A DNA stretch of 58,537 nucleotides, from the IMG/VR virus record IMGVR_UViG_3300045955_000127, positions 1-58,537 of that record. One strand, written 5' to 3'. The position numbers and the translations under genes were made by a program. Shown here in pieces: positions 56,049 to 58,537 of this stretch. Positions within the stretch are counted from its first letter, which is position 1, and every line of letters begins with the position of its first letter. Source of the DNA: a virus. Its lineage: Duplodnaviria > Caudoviricetes. The notes below the pieces were generated by a model. The model was not told the DNA's origin. It worked only from the letters and a program-made list of their open reading frames with translations, and did no database searches.

Positions 56049-56582
56049 TTGATTTTGGAAAAACCTAGCATCGTTGATGTCGTCGGCAATTATTTGCCGC
56101 TCAGGCGTTGCGGAAAAGAATATCGAGGGCCGTGCCCCTTCCATGCCGATAAGACCCCAAGTTTCTACGTGAGTGAGGAGCTTGGGGTTTTTTATTGCTT
56201 TGGATGCGGCGAGAAGGGCGACGTGATCGACTTTCTGATGAAGTGGTCGGGGAAAACCTTCGTCGAGGTTTGCGACCATCTCGATATCGATCGCGACCGC
56301 CGCGGCTACGTCAGAATGGTTCCGGACTCTGCCGAGATCGCCGCCAGGCGGATCTACGAATGGACGCTTGATTTCTCTGAGCGCTTGGCAATCTGCCTGT
56401 GTGAGATCGGCCAGCGGGCACAGATGGCCAAAGATACCGGACTTCGGGAAGAGTTCGAGATATCGGTTAGGGAGTGGACCGTGTTGGCGGATCTACATGA
56501 CGACCTGGCCAATCCGGATTTAGTCGTCGATTTGTTCCAGCAGCGCGACGATCTGGAAAGGCTGATAGGCTATGCAAGCTAA
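56049..56582 (+). CDS. CHC2 zinc-finger (DnaG N-terminal-like) primase component
   Basis: CPFHADKTPSF..FYCFGCG..GDVIDF. Confidence 0.9.
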   Translation: MILEKPSIVDVVGNYLPLRRCGKEYRGPCPFHADKTPSFYVSEELGVFYCFGCGEKGDVIDFLMKWSGKTFVEVCDHLDIDRDRRGYVRMVPDSAEIAARRIYEWTLDFSERLAICLCEIGQRAQMAKDTGLREEFEISVREWTVLADLHDDLANPDLVVDLFQQRDDLERLIGYAS

Positions 56583-57639
56583 GCCTCCGCTCCAGCGCCA
56601 GATTCAGCAGAGAATTGAGCAACAGCCGGTCAACGGTCAGCAGGCGTTATGGCCGGAACTCCTCACGGCTAAAGACTTTTTAAGTAAACCGCCAGATCCG
56701 ACACGCTGGCTCTGGGAGGATTGCCTACCGTTGGGAGCATGCTCGGTTTTAGTCGCGGCGCCCAAAACTGGCAAAACTCACCTAGCCGTAGCAATTTGCA
56801 TGGCGATTGCCCGTGGTTACCCACTGCTAGGTCGCGGCGTGCAGAAAGCAAAGGCGGCGTATATCTTTCTCGACGGCCACGAAGATGAACTGAAAGAAGT
56901 CTTTATAAAATTCGGGTTAAACCAAGAAGATCAGGTCATGTTTCATGGCGGATCGGTATCGACCCCGGCCCCTGTTCAATGGGCGATCCATTGCATTGAG
57001 AAGCATCAGGTTAAATTCTTGGTGCTCGATACCTTCCAGAAAATCTTCCGCCCGAGAAATATCAACGACTATGCCGAGGTCACAAACCTGATGGAACCGC
57101 TGCAAAAAGCCGCGCAGGACCATGGCTGTCATATCCAGTACTTACACCATGCCGGCAAACCAAATGAACAGAGGGGGGATCTTGACTCCGGAATCGGGAC
57201 TTCGGCGATTAGAGCCAACTGTTATAGCCTTTTGCATCTGAAGCGCCTCAACCCCGATGATGCAAGGAGCCCGCGGATTCTACGATCCGATCAGCGTGGC
57301 GGCCGCATTTTCGAGGAAATCGAAATATCCAGCGGCGAGGACGGTTTTATTAAAAAACTCGGGACAAAAGAAGACGCGCAAGCACGCAGCACCGCTAACG
57401 AAATGGAAGATTTCATACGTAATAATAATGGCTGCACAAACGCGGAACTTCGGGCGGGCATCCGGGGCGACTGGCGAATCCTTTGGAAAGCCAAGAAATT
57501 ATTAGAAAAAGGGCAACGCATCGAAATCGTAGGCACTGGTAAAAAGAATGATGCCCAACGTCATTACATAGCTGGGTCGCTCATCCCGGAACAGCAAGCA
57601 GAGGAAAGATCCGCAGATTTATTTAGGAGAGTGAAATGA
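56572..57639 (+). CDS. AAA_25/RepA-like replicative helicase
   Basis: Walker A AAPKTGKT; LVLDT (Walker B); LHHAGK..GTSAI. Confidence 0.88.
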   Translation: MQAKPPLQRQIQQRIEQQPVNGQQALWPELLTAKDFLSKPPDPTRWLWEDCLPLGACSVLVAAPKTGKTHLAVAICMAIARGYPLLGRGVQKAKAAYIFLDGHEDELKEVFIKFGLNQEDQVMFHGGSVSTPAPVQWAIHCIEKHQVKFLVLDTFQKIFRPRNINDYAEVTNLMEPLQKAAQDHGCHIQYLHHAGKPNEQRGDLDSGIGTSAIRANCYSLLHLKRLNPDDARSPRILRSDQRGGRIFEEIEISSGEDGFIKKLGTKEDAQARSTANEMEDFIRNNNGCTNAELRAGIRGDWRILWKAKKLLEKGQRIEIVGTGKKNDAQRHYIAGSLIPEQQAEERSADLFRRVK

Positions 57640-57911
57640 GAGAAGAACTTATCCGCATGGGTCAGTGGGACCGGGAGGACGAGCGAGATCCGACTAAATC
57701 CGTCGCCGCCGCATTTGAAATGCTAGAATGCGTCAATTTGAGTTATTGCATACAAATAAACGATTACTACAACCGGAAAGCAAAAAACGGAGAAACTGTT
57801 CTCGGCTGGCGCGTCCAGATCGGAGGCGAGAACGGCTGGATTGGAATTCACGAGGAAATTCAGGTAGCTATCTGTCTTGCAGTAGTCAAGATCGAAGAAC
57901 CAGAAGCGTAA
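57636..57911 (+). CDS. Hypothetical protein (phage ABA-sandwich-like)
   Basis: PTKSVAAAFE..AICLA motif; AGGAG SD. Confidence 0.6.
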   Translation: MREELIRMGQWDREDERDPTKSVAAAFEMLECVNLSYCIQINDYYNRKAKNGETVLGWRVQIGGENGWIGIHEEIQVAICLAVVKIEEPEA

Positions 57912-58180
57912 ATGCATGTTTCGACGATTTGAAACATGAATCATTCTTGAAGAGCGTAAGCCATTGATTCTATTGATAATAATTCGTGTTTCATGTTGCG
58001 TTTTTGGCAAAAACTCAACAATGTAAATCCCTGTAATTGTTGAGTTCCTAAAGATGAGAAAAGTTGGCATGAGCTTGCTTCGCGCGCGCGCGCGAATAAG
58101 AGTAAGAAGAAACAAGAAAGATCGGCTTTTTGAAAAAAGCCTCGCAAAAACTTTTACACTTCGGAAAGTGGAGGTTCCAC

Positions 58181-58315
58181 ATGAAACAAATCCGCCAGGA
58201 AATAATCTCGGGCCTTTGTCTGGCTCTTCGAATCTTTGTCTACCTGATACTTTTCCCGATAACCATCACCGGGCAGTATAAAACCAACCACATCTGGCAG
58301 GCAAAGAAGAAATGA
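58181..58315 (+). CDS. Small membrane peptide
   Basis: GGAGGT SD; hydrophobic core. Confidence 0.5.
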   Translation: MKQIRQEIISGLCLALRIFVYLILFPITITGQYKTNHIWQAKKK

Positions 58316-58537
58316 GACGGATCCAGCTCCACCGCTTCTGGATCCGAAAGTGCTGGAAATGCCGGTTTAGAACCGTCATCATCAAAACCAAATGGAACGC
58401 CAATCCCCCGAAACGCCTCCTCTGGACACCCAGGGGCTTTAAACCCCGCCTCTGCGAATTCTGCAAAGTACCCGGCCGATTCCGTAAACCCTACCACCCA
58501 AAGAAAAACCCAGAAAAAAGCCCAGCGCCTATCCGCT
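58312..58537 (+). CDS. Basic CxxC..CxxC protein, open at the window edge
   Basis: ATGA coupling; CWKC..CEFC; no stop before the window end. Confidence 0.45.
   Translation, partial: MRRIQLHRFWIRKCWKCRFRTVIIKTKWNANPPKRLLWTPRGFKPRLCEFCKVPGRFRKPYHPKKNPEKSPAPIR

Noticed and set aside
58312-58537. The last ORF would end in TAG if the window end were joined to its start (CGC T|AG), hinting at a complete circle
   Set aside because: A stop at that junction can easily arise by chance. The VWA-like frame at 2-145 has no plausible upstream continuation across the join (stop within about 17 codons), and there is no terminal repeat.
1-58537. CRISPR array, diversity-generating retroelement, shufflon, rRNA or recoded genetic code
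   Set aside because: No repeat-spacer arrays, reverse transcriptase, TR/VR pair or invertase-flanked cassettes were seen by eye, and core genes are intact in the standard code.

Overview
The window holds most of a temperate podovirus-type phage genome, but it is not a closed circle: it opens inside the 3' end of a VWA/DUF2201-like gene and ends inside an open ORF. Layout: (i) rightward small ORFs ending at a terminator near 650; (ii) a leftward lysogeny/recombination block with a tyrosine integrase, a candidate intact attP, two excisionase-like HTHs, RusA, a DNA methyltransferase, a PD-(D/E)XK nuclease, RecT, an HNH and a Cro/CI switch at about 8.8-9.5 kb; (iii) a leftward late region of about 46 kb: lysis genes, terminases, GNAT, ejection proteins including an LPD38 protein, P22-like portal, scaffold, a glycosylation cassette (GT4-methyltransferase, GT2, HddA-like heptose kinase), an N4-gp56-type major capsid protein, adaptor, nozzle and an 18 kb fibre/receptor-binding array; (iv) rightward primase Zn-finger and AAA helicase. 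The most unusual signal is in the fibre array: seven proteins, including one with clear tail-fibre motifs, have Sec-type signal peptides, and all seven have even, mostly sequentially paired cysteine counts. This suggests exported, disulfide-bonded virion appendages. Other highlights are an antisense HNH inserted at a signal-peptide cleavage site with an apparent replacement signal peptide, the capsid glycosylation cassette, and a shared operator motif at four promoters. All family assignments come from motif recognition by eye; no database searches were run.
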